A DNA stretch of 64,000 bases from Candidatus Aenigmatarchaeota archaeon (GTDB lineage Archaea; EX4484-52): assembly GCA_023137195.1 (NCBI GenBank), contig JAGLPV010000001.1, positions 1 to 64,000 of the forward strand, read 5' to 3'. Positions 16,707 to 27,855 of this stretch are shown here, piece after piece. Below the pieces are notes generated by a model. It did not search any database and had not been told where the DNA came from. It worked only from the letters and a program-made list of their open reading frames with translations. The position numbers and the translations under genes are program-made. Each line of letters begins with the position of its first letter. The first letter of the stretch is position 1.

Positions 16707-18611
16707 TTGATGGAGAACAGCTTTTTCCCTTTTGAAGAAATAAGGAAGGGGCAGGAAAAATTTATTTTTGCGGTTGAGGAGGCGATAAAGGACAATAATA
16801 ATATCCTTGTTCATGCGCCGACAGGAATCGGGAAGACGGCGGCGTCAATTGCTCCTGCTCTCGAATATGCTCTTAGAAACAAAAAGAAATTGTTTTTTTT
16901 GACTACAAGAAATACGCATCATAAGATTGCTTTGGACACATTGAAAAAAATCAGGAAGAAAAACAATCTCGACAAGCTTATTGTTGTTGATCTGGTCGGA
17001 AAGAAACACATGTGTAAGTTAGATTCTATTGCCTTGTTTGGCGGAGACTTTGGGACATACTGTACTTTGATGAAAAAGGCAGGTCGGTGCGGATTCTTCA
17101 AGAGGACATACACGCATTTTCATACATTGACTGAGGAGGCAGAGAGAATAAAAGGAAAAGTTTGCGGTAATATTTATTCTTCGGAAGAGGTAAAAGACCT
17201 GAGTGAGATGGTTTGTCCTTATGAAATACAGACAAATACAGCAAGGGGTGCGGATGTAATTATAGGGGATTATTTTCATTTATTTAACAAGAGAATATTT
17301 GATGCTGTATTTTCCAAGTCAGAGCTAGAGTTGAAGGATATTATTTTGATAGCAGATGAAGCGCATAATCTTGCTAACAGAGTAAAGTCCATATACTCGA
17401 CAACAGTTTCTGCGAAAAAGATAAAAAAAACAGCAGAGATATGCGCAAGCCTTAAAGACAATTACCTGGCAAATGCATTCAACCAGATGCATTCAATGAT
17501 TCTGCTTGAGACAGAGCGCATTGCAAGGCAAAGGCAAAAATCAGACGAGTTTCCGGTTGATATTGACTTTTTGCTTCAGATTATTGAAGATTGCATAGAT
17601 TGTCCTATTGAAGATTTCCTTGTTCTGGTTGAAAAACTCGGCGATGTGGAAGTCCAGGAGGATGAGAATTCCCAGTATCTGTTTAATTTTGCGGAAAACA
17701 TCAGGAAGTGGCAAATCAGAGCAGAGGGGTTTTTGCATTACTGTGTTTTGGAAAGAGGCGGTGGCGGGCAGTTTAATGCAAAATGCAAAAAAGAATGCCT
17801 TGACCCGGGGATTTTGACGCGCGATATTTTTTCAAGACTTCACAGCTCGGTCCTGATGTCTGCGACACTGGCACCATTTGATATGCAGATTTCAATTCTT
17901 GGCTTGGACCGGCAAAAGACAGCATGTCTTGAATTGCCGTCTCCTTTCCCTAAAGAGAACAGGAAAATAATAATTGCAGATAAGGTAAGTTCAAAGTATG
18001 ACAAGAGAAGTGCTGATATGTATAGATCAACAGCAGAGTATATTTTGGGTGCGGTAAAAGCGACGAACGGGAATATTGCTGTATTTTTCCCCAGCTATGA
18101 ATTCATGAGTAATGTGCTGTTTTATGTTGAGGAAGATGGTTTTTGCCTGCTTGTTGAGCAGAGGAATATGACAAAAAAGCAAAAGGAAAATCTGTACAAC
18201 CAGTTTAAAAAATGCAGTTACATCCCTCCTTTTGGCTTGCTTGCAGGAGTCATTGGGGCAAGTTTCAGTGAAGGAGTGGATTTTCCGGGAAAAATCGTCA
18301 AGACTGTGTGCATTGTAGGTATACCGTTTGAAAGAACAAATATAAACACTACTGCGACAATTGATTATTATGATAAGAGATTCAGTAAAGGATGGGATTT
18401 TGGCTATATTTATCCTGCAATAAACAAGACAATCCAGGCGGCGGGCAGATGTATAAGGAGTGAAAAGGATATCGGCGCTATTATATTGCTTGATGAGCGT
18501 TATTTGATGAGCAAGTACAGAAATCTTCTTCCGTCGCAATGGAGCGATGCAGTAACCGTATCTTCAAGAAAAGAGATGGAAAAGGAATTGGATGGTTTTT
18601 TTGATAAATAA
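16707..18611 (+). CDS. xpd: XPD/Rad3-like Fe-S DNA helicase
   Basis: Q motif RKGQ, APTGIGKT, Fe-S cysteines (GKKHMC...C...C...CPY), DEAHNL, SATL, EGVDF, QAAGRCIR. Confidence 0.9.
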   Translation: MMENSFFPFEEIRKGQEKFIFAVEEAIKDNNNILVHAPTGIGKTAASIAPALEYALRNKKKLFFLTTRNTHHKIALDTLKKIRKKNNLDKLIVVDLVGKKHMCKLDSIALFGGDFGTYCTLMKKAGRCGFFKRTYTHFHTLTEEAERIKGKVCGNIYSSEEVKDLSEMVCPYEIQTNTARGADVIIGDYFHLFNKRIFDAVFSKSELELKDIILIADEAHNLANRVKSIYSTTVSAKKIKKTAEICASLKDNYLANAFNQMHSMILLETERIARQRQKSDEFPVDIDFLLQIIEDCIDCPIEDFLVLVEKLGDVEVQEDENSQYLFNFAENIRKWQIRAEGFLHYCVLERGGGGQFNAKCKKECLDPGILTRDIFSRLHSSVLMSATLAPFDMQISILGLDRQKTACLELPSPFPKENRKIIIADKVSSKYDKRSADMYRSTAEYILGAVKATNGNIAVFFPSYEFMSNVLFYVEEDGFCLLVEQRNMTKKQKENLYNQFKKCSYIPPFGLLAGVIGASFSEGVDFPGKIVKTVCIVGIPFERTNINTTATIDYYDKRFSKGWDFGYIYPAINKTIQAAGRCIRSEKDIGAIILLDERYLMSKYRNLLPSQWSDAVTVSSRKEMEKELDGFFDK

Positions 18612-18710
18612 CTCTCCTCGAATTTTAAGTACAGGAGTAAATAATATCACCCACACAAATTATTGACATAAATACAAAGATTTAAATCAGTAATATTTCA
18701 AAAACAAAAT

Positions 18711-19121
18711 ATGTCATTCATAATAGAATCAAAATATATAGATGCCCCATTCAAGGTTTCAACCTGCATAATAGTAGTTTATATAATATTAAAAATCCCA
18801 ATGAGATTTTTCAAAAATAATCTTACCTACGAAAATCAATATATTTTCCAAATAGCCTTCACACTTATTTTTTTAGTCAGTATAATCATTACAGGCTATC
18901 TCCACATGCAATCAATAAAAAAAGCATTAAGCAAGAAACAAAGACAACATATAGGCATCTATGTATCAATCTATACTCTGCTTATGGGAGCAGTAGTGGT
19001 AATCGCCTCACGAGGACATATAATAATATTAGACGTCCTTATAACAGCTGTTATCAATTTCTTTGTAGTTTATTTCCTGATAAATATCGGATGTAAACTA
19101 GGAACAAAAAAAGATAAATAA
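18711..19121 (+). CDS. Hypothetical 4-TM membrane protein
   Basis: 136-aa ORF with hydrophobic helices filling the intergenic gap. Confidence 0.6.
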   Translation: MSFIIESKYIDAPFKVSTCIIVVYIILKIPMRFFKNNLTYENQYIFQIAFTLIFLVSIIITGYLHMQSIKKALSKKQRQHIGIYVSIYTLLMGAVVVIASRGHIIILDVLITAVINFFVVYFLINIGCKLGTKKDK

Positions 19122-19208
19122 ATTGTTCTTATATTGCCAGCACCCACGCACAGAGTATTATGGTGCAGGATGAAACAGATATAATTTCATCTGTTCTTGC
19201 TATTACTA

Positions 19209-19775
19209 TCAGTATATCCAAAGCAAAGCAGGATATTTTGGGATTATCATTTTAACAAGAACAGTTCCAGATAGGTTTAGACCATCAGGACAGCCGGTGA
19301 AATTAAGTATTTTTTCTTCTTTTGTCCCGGGTTCCATTACAAATTTTGGCGTTTTTATAGATATATATTCGCTTATGTTTCCACTTGTTGTCATTATGAC
19401 CTTTACAGGGACATTCTGGTCGTTTGAAAAGTCAAGTTTTTTTCTTACCGGGGTTCTTACATTTACAATCCCAAAATTTAGTTTTTCTATTCCTGTGTCT
19501 ATTCCCAGGGAGATATTTCCGTCTCGTGGAACTGTTTGCACCATCATGGGGATGTTAGATACGTAAATATCTGCATATTTTTTTTCAAAATAATCTTCCT
19601 GCGTCGTATTTTTATTTTCAAAAGTTAATTTGACATTTGCATCGTTTTTTACAACAAAAATGGCGGCGATTGTTATTAATGCTAATAACAGGAAAGCAAC
19701 AAGAATCTTTTTTTGGCTCATAAACATGTATATTAAAAGAAATATTATAACTTTATTCTTATTTTTCTTCAACAA
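19209..19775 (-). CDS. Hypothetical exported protein (true start probably a downstream Met)
   Basis: N-terminal TM and beta-rich domain (LNFGIV); follows the subtilase on the same strand. Confidence 0.6.
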   Translation of the reverse strand: MLKKNKNKVIIFLLIYMFMSQKKILVAFLLLALITIAAIFVVKNDANVKLTFENKNTTQEDYFEKKYADIYVSNIPMMVQTVPRDGNISLGIDTGIEKLNFGIVNVRTPVRKKLDFSNDQNVPVKVIMTTSGNISEYISIKTPKFVMEPGTKEEKILNFTGCPDGLNLSGTVLVKMIIPKYPALLWIY

Positions 19776-22700
19776 TGTCGTGATGTTCTCTCAAATGTTT
19801 TTTGTGCAGTTGATTCCATTCGGTAGAGTCTTTATGGTTCTCTTCATTTTCTTCCCGCAGGTTTAGTTCTCCGGGTTTATTTAATTCATGCATGATTCTT
19901 TTGTTGGTTGATGCAGACAAGTTCGAGGAGGTGTCGTCCAGTACCGAATCTAGTTTTTCAAAGAAAGATTTATTTTCGTCCTCTTTTTTTACTTCTTCTT
20001 TCTCATTTTCTTTTCCATTTAAGATGAAATAAAATCCTCCTGCAGATAAAATAAGTACGACAAAAAGAATTGGTATTAAGAATAGCAGGAAGTTTTTTTG
20101 GTCTTTTTCTTCATCAATATCTCCCGGGAATATTTCATCCTCGTCTGTAGTTTCTTCTTCTTTTTTGTCTGCATTATCTACAACAGGAGACACATCGGTT
20201 GTTTTTACTTCTTCTTCGGGCTTTTCATCTTCTTCGGGGACAACAACCGTTGATTTGTCTTCTTCAACAATTGCAAAATAACTGAATCGTGTTATTTTCG
20301 CATGAAAGATGTAGTAAGAGCCTTCTGTATCTATTTTATAGGGTACTACTTTCATCCAGTAAGGATTCATATAATGCAGGAGATATATTTTGGTCTTGTC
20401 AGGAATCTCGGATTTTGCCAGTTTGATTTCTAATGTGATGTTGTTTATATCTGTGTTTTCAAAGTTGGTTTTGTCTATTTCCACATAGCTTTTCACTTTG
20501 TATTTTTTATTTATGGCAGAAGTGTTTGTAGGATTTTTTATGGTTTTTACAGTTATTTTTACATTGCTCTTTGCGTTTTTCAGGTAAAAAGTAATTTTCC
20601 GGATTGGGATTTTTGTGCTCGAGACAGAAAATACATTTTGTTTGTTGACTTCTATTTTATCCCAAAAGTGTGTTACACCGGCTAAGTCATTTGTTGCATT
20701 TACTGATGAGGGTGTTATTGGTGTAGTGTCTCCTGTATCATCATCGTCACCACCTGAACTGGCGGCATTTGTTGTTATGAAGCTGTCGATGTCATAGGCA
20801 ATGTTGTTGTTGATGTCAATGCAAGAAAGGTTGTAGTCGTATTCTAAAGAAGAAGAGAGTCCTCCGACTTCAAATGTCTGGGTTTTTGAGAACAATGCAG
20901 CGGAATAGATATTGTTGTTTAGTCTTAGGGTGCAGTTTACTTTTTCATTGGCAGTTATATCCAAATCAACGCCTGTTGTGGATGGGGTTGCGCCCACAGC
21001 CAAAATAGGGATTATTGTGTCGTTTATTGTAAAATTTTTGTGAGTGTTGTTTGAATTGCCAAGCGTATCATAGCATGTTGCATTTAGGGTGTAATTTCCA
21101 TTGGAAAAATTTTCGTATTTTTTGTTTAGTAGTGTGTATGCGTAATTGTCTGTTGTTGAAAAATCCGTTAGCATTAATGTGTCTGTCTGTTCTGTAGTGC
21201 CATTATTTGTTATATTGATTGTGCAGAAAGTGGCATTCGCCCATGTTTCATTTACGTAATAATTGAAATAGATGAAACTGTTGTTTGGGTTATTATAGGA
21301 GAGTGCTATTTTTGGGATTGAATTCAGTGTTAGATAGACTATTGTGTTTTGTGTTAGACTTGTCTGTCTTGTAATATTTTTGGCGTTTGATTTTGTTGCG
21401 TTAAGTACGTATGGCGTAGAGTAAGTTGTGCTGTCTTTTGTCTGGATGTATTCTAATAAAGTGTGTTGTGGGATAGTCCCGTTTGAGTTGGTGAGATTGC
21501 TGAACATAAAATTATTGTTCTTGTCATAGCAGCTTACATTAGAATGGTTTGCCGGCGTTCCGTTCGGGTAATTTACGAAAACATCCAAGTACCATTTAAC
21601 ATTAATCTGGCAAATGTCACCGCCATCATCACAGTTTTGGAAAGTTACATTATCCTTTCTAAATGTTGTGTTAATGAAAGTGTTGTTTATCGTACGATTT
21701 GAACCGCTGTATGCATTAATAAGAATATCTGCTATAGTGGATTGATTTAGTATTGAGTCAATAAACATGTTGTTGTATGAATCATAACTTAGAAGAACAG
21801 AACAATTGTTGGCAATACTTTTTGCATTTTGTATTGTATTATTGCTTGATAATAATAGGAAACCACACGAATTGTTATTTGAGGTAATGTTAGAAATATT
21901 GTTGGCAGAACCTAATTCAATGAAGATTCCACGATTATTATTGTAATTTGCTGTTATTCCCTCTAAAATATTGTTTGAACTTGAACCAAGATAAATTCCA
22001 TCCTGACAATTATAATTTGCTGTTATGTTGTGAAGACTATTATTATCTCCAGAGGTTATAGAAATTCCATAATAATTGTAGCTTGAATTTACCCATGAAA
22101 GATTTGCGTTTCCTGTTTTTTGGATTAGTATCCCGTTATTTTTCTTTGTTCTGGAGCCGATTATTGTTATGTTTGTGATATTGGAATTGTTTGCATTACA
22201 TAAGATGAGTTCAGAGAGAATTTTATTCTGGACGTTTGCTGAGTAATTGTAATATTCTATTGGTCTCCCGCCAGATCCTGTTATATTTTCAAGGATGTTG
22301 TTACAGTGGGTTTCTTGAGTAGTAGATATGTAGAAATCATAATAGTTGTTTTCGTATAGTGTTGCATTCTGAAAACTATTATAATAAGATTGATAGAGAT
22401 ATATTCCATAACTGTTGTTATTGGCGGTTGTATTTTCAAATGTGTTATGAGAACCCGAGTACATGCGTATTCCATAAGTGTTGTTGTTCGCTGTTATATT
22501 TCCAATATTGTTGTGAGAACTAGAATGGATATATATTCCATACTCGTTGTTATTGGAGGTTGTATTCCCAAGAGTTGTTTGATTACTGCCTGAATAAATA
22601 TGGATTCCGTAATCATTATCGTTCGTTGTTATTCTGTTTAATGTATTGTTCAAAGAGAACCCAAAATCCATTCCACAATCGTCGTTATAATTTGCTGTTA

Positions 22701-25700
22701 TATTTTCAAAATTAGTATTGTTGCTTAATACTATCAAGAATCCATCATAATGATTATAATTTGCTGTTATGTTCTGGAGAGAATTATAAGAAGAATTATA
22801 AGAATATATTCCATAGTAATTATAATTAACCAGCATATTTTGGAAAGTATTATTTCTACTACCCATACCAAAAGATATTCCATCATCACCATTTCTGTTT
22901 GCTGTTATATTTTGAATTGTATTGTAAGAACTCATCTGGAGAAGAATACCATCCCACCAATAATTGTCATTTACAGTAGTGTTGGAGATAGTATTGTTAT
23001 TGCCATATGATAGGAATAGTCCATATTCTTTGTTATAAGAAGAATTTACATGAATTATAGAAGAATTTTCTGTTTTGTTCACAGAAGAACCGTAAAAGTA
23101 AATTCCATACCCAAATTCCTTAATATGGCAGTGTTGGATGGTTATGTTTGTTATAGTTCCATAATTTGCGGAATTTACATATATTCCATATCCATAGTAA
23201 TCATTATCTCCATCTATAAAGTGGTTCTGGCAGTCAAATGTTATGGAACTTTTATTTATTAAGATACAGTTTTCATCCTGGTTTGAGATAGATTCATTGA
23301 GGAATATTGTTGTTCCTGTTTGAGCAGACTGTATTTTCGAGTTGCAGTCCGAGCAATTAATACAGTATAATGTTTTGCATTTATCGGATAAAGGCAGATA
23401 ATCAATATTGCTTGTGTTCAAAGAATAAGTTGAGTCGCAGAACCCGTCCTCGTCTGCATCTGTACAGGTATCTGAATAACCATTGGAAGTTGAATTTGTA
23501 TAATAGTTTCCTCCGATATTGTTTCCGGTGCTGTAAATTCTGTTTCCGGAAGCACTTGTTGTATTCCAGTTGTTTGAATAAGAACTTCCTCCAAAGCCTG
23601 TGTTGTTGGTATTGTTGAATAAATTATTGTAAATGTCATTTGCGCCGTTGATTCCTCCATTCGATAAGTAAATACCATAAGAAGAAGAATTCTTTATTTC
23701 ATTGTAAACTAGTCTGTTGCCGGAAGAAGAAGTAAGATAAATACCATAATTGTTGGAGTCTGCGAGGGAAGTTTGTATAGTGGAATTATTAGAATTATCT
23801 GAGTAAATGCCATAGTTCCAGTTGGTTGTATGACAATTGGCAAGGGATGTATTGAACTGGTCTGTATAAATTCCAGAACTGCCGGCAGTGTTGATTCCGT
23901 TAATTAAATGATTCTGGCAGTTTAGAGTAATATTTTGTGCAGTAATGTTGATACAGGTGTTATCGGAAGAGTTTGTTATGTCTGATACAAGATAATATGT
24001 TGAATTAGGTGTATTCAACACAGAACAGTTTGAAACAGTTTTTGCAGATACACTAAACCACCGGGCTGAAGTTGAATTCATATTGCCGTAACTGTCGTTG
24101 CAGTGAAACGTAACATTGTGCTGACCATTGCTTATGTCGGTATTTGAATGACTCCAGTATGATGAAGAGTAGGTCATGCTTGTGTTGGGTTCTCCGTCAA
24201 CAGAATATCCGCACCACGAACCGGTAACATCCAGACTAACTTTGAATAGTACTGTTGGCGTAGGATATGTTTGATTTAGAGGAGAAGATATGGTAATCTG
24301 GGGAGGAATATTGTCAAGAGAGACAATCGCATAATCAATGAATGTGGCATCGTGAATATCATTTACTTCTAATATTATCGTGTAAATGCCGTTAGACAAG
24401 CCATTCGTATTCCATATAGTTAAATTTGAGTTAGATACTGCTGTTGCATAAGTTGAAATTATGGTCCAGTTTTCCGGGTAAATTCCAGAGCCATAAAGAA
24501 TAGTATAATTTGCAAAAGATGTCCCGTTTGCGGTTCCGTTTATTGTTATATCTCCTCCGAAAGTCTGACCTTTGAGAGAATCATTTAGTTTTGCAATGGT
24601 TGTGCTGTCTGCTTTTAACAAGGCATTGTATGCGTTGATTCTTCCAATGCCAATATAGTTGCCGGAACTGACATTGTCTGATGTTGATTTTATTATTGTC
24701 TCAAGCATATCCGGGTTCAGTGAATTGTTCTTTGATAAAAGCAGTCCTGCAAGTCCTGCAACAAAGGGGGTTGCCATTGAAGTTCCATCCCATGATGCGT
24801 ACTGGTTGTTTGGCAAAGTGCTGTATATGTCTGAGCCCGGGGCGGCGATGTCTGTCCAATATCCGTAGGTCGAAAAAGAAGATTTTGAATCGCTGGTTGT
24901 TGTTGCAGTAACTGCAATTGCGTTATCATAGGCAGCAGGATAATGTAGAGTATCGTCATAATTATTTCCTGCTGCTGCAATAACAACAATACCTTGGCTG
25001 TAAGCATAGTTTACCGCATCTTTTACCAGATTTGAATCAGATGAGCTTCCCAAACTCATACTAATAATATGAGCGCTGTTGTTTGCTGCGTATTCTATTG
25101 CAAGAGCAACATCACTGTAACTTCCGCCCCCACCTGCATCTAAACATTTGACAGGCATAATTGTGCAGTTCCAGCATACTCCTGAGATACCCACCGAATT
25201 ATTTGTATCTGCTGCAGCAATGCCACTACAGTGCGTTCCATGACCATGATCATCTGTTGGATTGTTGTCATTGTTGACGTAATCCCATCCACGCATGTCA
25301 TCAATATATCCGTTTCCGTCTGTATCGTTCCCGTCTTCTGTCTCGTCGCCATTGTCCCATATTCTTGAAGACAATTCTGTGTGGTTCCAGTCAACACCGG
25401 TGTCGAGAATTGCAATAATTATGTTGGAATCGCCTTTTTCTATATCGTAAGCTTCACTGATATTTATTTTCTCTAGACCCCACTGGGCAGTATAGTTTGG
25501 ATCATTTGGCGTTTCAAGGGCATAAACCAGATAATTTGGCTCTGCGTATTCTACCAAGGGATTTTCACCATATTGTTTTGCAAGTTCGTATATATCTGCA
25601 TTTTGGTCTGTTTGAAGGATATGGATATTTGATAGTGGATTGTTTTGTTCTTCTTTTTGTTTTTTAAATAATATTTTCATTGATTTTACGTTCTTATTGA

Positions 25701-26037
25701 CCGTATTTAAGGAATTAAGATTGTTTTGTGTAGATATTGAAAGAGAAGAAAAAGAGAGGGATGAAATATGCGCTGTTTTCGTAAGAGGGTTTATTTCAAC
25801 TTCTTTTTTGAATTTTACAATCAATTCGCCTTTTTTATATTTTTGTTCTTTTGGTGTAGAGAGTAAAAAGAGATTGTCCTTTAAGTTTGTTAAGTTGTTG
25901 TTTGTTGTATGATCATGCGATTTTAACTGATTAAAATAGAACTTTTCCGAGGTTATGTGGCTTTCAGCAGTGTTTGCAAATAAGAAGGAAAATATCACTA
26001 TGGGCAGTAAAAACAGCAGCAATTTATTAAAAGTCAT
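19759..26037 (-). CDS. Large cell-surface S8 subtilase with NosD/CASH beta-helix repeats, PGF-pre-PGF-like domain and C-terminal TM anchor
   Basis: Catalytic triad AILDTG, HGHGTHCSG, GTSMATP. Many N-rich 'NITANYN..GI' repeats. TRFSYFAI motif; TM near C-terminus. Confidence 0.9.
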   Translation of the reverse strand: MTFNKLLLFLLPIVIFSFLFANTAESHITSEKFYFNQLKSHDHTTNNNLTNLKDNLFLLSTPKEQKYKKGELIVKFKKEVEINPLTKTAHISSLSFSSLSISTQNNLNSLNTVNKNVKSMKILFKKQKEEQNNPLSNIHILQTDQNADIYELAKQYGENPLVEYAEPNYLVYALETPNDPNYTAQWGLEKINISEAYDIEKGDSNIIIAILDTGVDWNHTELSSRIWDNGDETEDGNDTDGNGYIDDMRGWDYVNNDNNPTDDHGHGTHCSGIAAADTNNSVGISGVCWNCTIMPVKCLDAGGGGSYSDVALAIEYAANNSAHIISMSLGSSSDSNLVKDAVNYAYSQGIVVIAAAGNNYDDTLHYPAAYDNAIAVTATTTSDSKSSFSTYGYWTDIAAPGSDIYSTLPNNQYASWDGTSMATPFVAGLAGLLLSKNNSLNPDMLETIIKSTSDNVSSGNYIGIGRINAYNALLKADSTTIAKLNDSLKGQTFGGDITINGTANGTSFANYTILYGSGIYPENWTIISTYATAVSNSNLTIWNTNGLSNGIYTIILEVNDIHDATFIDYAIVSLDNIPPQITISSPLNQTYPTPTVLFKVSLDVTGSWCGYSVDGEPNTSMTYSSSYWSHSNTDISNGQHNVTFHCNDSYGNMNSTSARWFSVSAKTVSNCSVLNTPNSTYYLVSDITNSSDNTCINITAQNITLNCQNHLINGINTAGSSGIYTDQFNTSLANCHTTNWNYGIYSDNSNNSTIQTSLADSNNYGIYLTSSSGNRLVYNEIKNSSSYGIYLSNGGINGANDIYNNLFNNTNNTGFGGSSYSNNWNTTSASGNRIYSTGNNIGGNYYTNSTSNGYSDTCTDADEDGFCDSTYSLNTSNIDYLPLSDKCKTLYCINCSDCNSKIQSAQTGTTIFLNESISNQDENCILINKSSITFDCQNHFIDGDNDYYGYGIYVNSANYGTITNITIQHCHIKEFGYGIYFYGSSVNKTENSSIIHVNSSYNKEYGLFLSYGNNNTISNTTVNDNYWWDGILLQMSSYNTIQNITANRNGDDGISFGMGSRNNTFQNMLVNYNYYGIYSYNSSYNSLQNITANYNHYDGFLIVLSNNTNFENITANYNDDCGMDFGFSLNNTLNRITTNDNDYGIHIYSGSNQTTLGNTTSNNNEYGIYIHSSSHNNIGNITANNNTYGIRMYSGSHNTFENTTANNNSYGIYLYQSYYNSFQNATLYENNYYDFYISTTQETHCNNILENITGSGGRPIEYYNYSANVQNKILSELILCNANNSNITNITIIGSRTKKNNGILIQKTGNANLSWVNSSYNYYGISITSGDNNSLHNITANYNCQDGIYLGSSSNNILEGITANYNNNRGIFIELGSANNISNITSNNNSCGFLLLSSNNTIQNAKSIANNCSVLLSYDSYNNMFIDSILNQSTIADILINAYSGSNRTINNTFINTTFRKDNVTFQNCDDGGDICQINVKWYLDVFVNYPNGTPANHSNVSCYDKNNNFMFSNLTNSNGTIPQHTLLEYIQTKDSTTYSTPYVLNATKSNAKNITRQTSLTQNTIVYLTLNSIPKIALSYNNPNNSFIYFNYYVNETWANATFCTINITNNGTTEQTDTLMLTDFSTTDNYAYTLLNKKYENFSNGNYTLNATCYDTLGNSNNTHKNFTINDTIIPILAVGATPSTTGVDLDITANEKVNCTLRLNNNIYSAALFSKTQTFEVGGLSSSLEYDYNLSCIDINNNIAYDIDSFITTNAASSGGDDDDTGDTTPITPSSVNATNDLAGVTHFWDKIEVNKQNVFSVSSTKIPIRKITFYLKNAKSNVKITVKTIKNPTNTSAINKKYKVKSYVEIDKTNFENTDINNITLEIKLAKSEIPDKTKIYLLHYMNPYWMKVVPYKIDTEGSYYIFHAKITRFSYFAIVEEDKSTVVVPEEDEKPEEEVKTTDVSPVVDNADKKEEETTDEDEIFPGDIDEEKDQKNFLLFLIPILFVVLILSAGGFYFILNGKENEKEEVKKEDENKSFFEKLDSVLDDTSSNLSASTNKRIMHELNKPGELNLREENEENHKDSTEWNQLHKKHLREHHDIVEEK

Positions 26038-26154
26038 ATATATTATAGGATATAATATTTAAAAAATTAATGCAATATTCGCTTTTATGGGTGTTTTTGC
26101 CAATAAGGAATAATAACCTTGATTTTTTGCATAATAGATATATGAAATTAGATA

Positions 26155-26227
26155 CGAGACTGAGGGGATTTGAACCCCCGACCCCCAGGTTAGAAGCCTG
26201 GTGCTCTATCCACTGAGCTACAGACCC
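26155..26227 (-). tRNA. tRNA-Arg(TCT), intronless, CCA not encoded
   Basis: GGGTCTGTAGCTCAGTGGATAGAGCA-CCAGG-CTTCTAA-CCTGG-GGGTC-GGGGGTTCAAATCCCCT-CAGTCTCG folds as a cloverleaf. Confidence 0.93.
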
Positions 26228-26357
26228 ATTGTAATATATAATGATTCTACTGTGTGTTAAACCAGCGATTCATCGTGTGTATTAAACAGTAAAATACAAA
26301 AAGGTTTAAATAATATTGTTTGTAATAGTATTATACGATTTAATTGGTGAAATGAAT

Positions 26358-26684
26358 ATGGCTGACGAAGAAAATCAAGCAGAGAACCCTCCAGGACAGG
26401 GAGATGTTGAAATAACGACGGTTTTTTCTAATTTAGATAAAGAAATAAAGGCGCTCGGGGAAAGGAAGAAAGAGACTGAAGATAAAATACAGGGAGTGAA
26501 GGATCATTTAAATGATATCCGGAACAAGGAAATTGAATTAAGAGACAAGATTAGTGCGCTTGCAAAACAAGAACCCAAGATAAATACAGAAAGAATAGAG
26601 TTAGAAAAAAAATTGAATCTGGTTACAGAAAAACTGGAAAAGACAAAAAAAATATTCGGCGATTTATCTTCTGTGTGGAAATAA
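26358..26684 (+). CDS. Hypothetical coiled-coil protein
   Basis: GGTGA RBS before MADEENQ; heptad-rich K/E sequence. Confidence 0.7.
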   Translation: MADEENQAENPPGQGDVEITTVFSNLDKEIKALGERKKETEDKIQGVKDHLNDIRNKEIELRDKISALAKQEPKINTERIELEKKLNLVTEKLEKTKKIFGDLSSVWK

Positions 26685-26745
26685 ACTTTTTTTGAGTTTC
26701 GCACAGTACTTCTTTCTTTTTTAAATATTGGTTTATAATTTTTAT

Positions 26746-27855
26746 ATGGATGACAAAGAACTGGTTGAGAAAAAGCAAAAACAGCTTAAGAAATTGCTGA
26801 GAGAATTATCCGGGAAGAGAGGCAGGCATACAGAACTGGTGAGTCTTTATGTTCCGGCAGGATATAATTTAAATGAAGCCAAAAACCAGATATCCCAGGA
26901 AGCAGGAACTGCGGTAAATATCAAATCAAAGGCAACAAGAAAAAATGTGATGGATGCGCTTGAAAAGGTCAACCAGAGATTGAAATTATACAACCATACC
27001 CCCGAGAAGGGACTGATTATTTTATGCGGAAACACATCCGAGCGCGAAGGTATGCAGAAAGTAGAGTTATGGGATATTGATTTGATAAGTCCTATCAAGA
27101 CAAGAATTTATCGCTGCGACCAGAGGTTTGTTCTGGAGCCACTTCAGGATCAGATCAAGGAGAGAGAAGTTTATGGTCTTGTTTCAATAGATACAAGTGA
27201 GGCGGCAATTGGATTTTTGAGGGGGAAGACAACAGAAGTTGTTTTGAAACTTAAGTCTTTTGTCCCGGGAAAGGAAATAAAAGGGGGTCAATCAGCCCAG
27301 AGATTTAGTAGGGTGAGGGATGGTCTTATTTTAAACTTCAAGAAAGAGATAGGCGAACACATAGCCAATCTTTTTGGTCCTGAAGAAAAAAATTTAAACG
27401 GGATTTTGATTGGAGGTCCGGGGGGGATTAAGGATGACCTTGCAGCAGGACCATACATCCCACAGCATTTGAAAAAGTTGATTATTTCTATAAAAGATAC
27501 AGGGTATGCCGGACCGGAAGGATTAAAAGAATTGATTGAACGCTCTGAACAGGAACTACAGGATACTGCTGTTGTGAAGGAGAAGGCAATAATAAATAGG
27601 TTTATGGTGTTGTTGAAAAAGAATCCTTCTCTTTGTTCTTATGGGAAAGGCGCAGTTAATAACTCTCTGGCTATAGGAGCAGTTGAGGCATTGATAATAT
27701 CTGATAGTTTTAGTGACGATGAGCAGGATGAGTATGAGAAAAAAGCAGAGGATATAAGCGCGGAATTTTATGTTGTTTCGACCCAGACACAGGAAGGGAT
27801 ACAGTTTTACAATCTCGGGGGAGTTGGGGCGATTTTGAGGTATGAGATTTATTAG
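26746..27855 (+). CDS. prf1: Peptide chain release factor aRF1
   Basis: TELVSLYVP, NIKS, YRCD, GGQSAQRF and GGVGAILRY motifs. Confidence 0.96.
   Translation: MDDKELVEKKQKQLKKLLRELSGKRGRHTELVSLYVPAGYNLNEAKNQISQEAGTAVNIKSKATRKNVMDALEKVNQRLKLYNHTPEKGLIILCGNTSEREGMQKVELWDIDLISPIKTRIYRCDQRFVLEPLQDQIKEREVYGLVSIDTSEAAIGFLRGKTTEVVLKLKSFVPGKEIKGGQSAQRFSRVRDGLILNFKKEIGEHIANLFGPEEKNLNGILIGGPGGIKDDLAAGPYIPQHLKKLIISIKDTGYAGPEGLKELIERSEQELQDTAVVKEKAIINRFMVLLKKNPSLCSYGKGAVNNSLAIGAVEALIISDSFSDDEQDEYEKKAEDISAEFYVVSTQTQEGIQFYNLGGVGAILRYEIY

Noticed and set aside
26037-26227. tRNA-Arg or tRNA-His as integration sites
   Set aside because: No duplicated tRNA 3' end or adjacent integrase was seen in the window.
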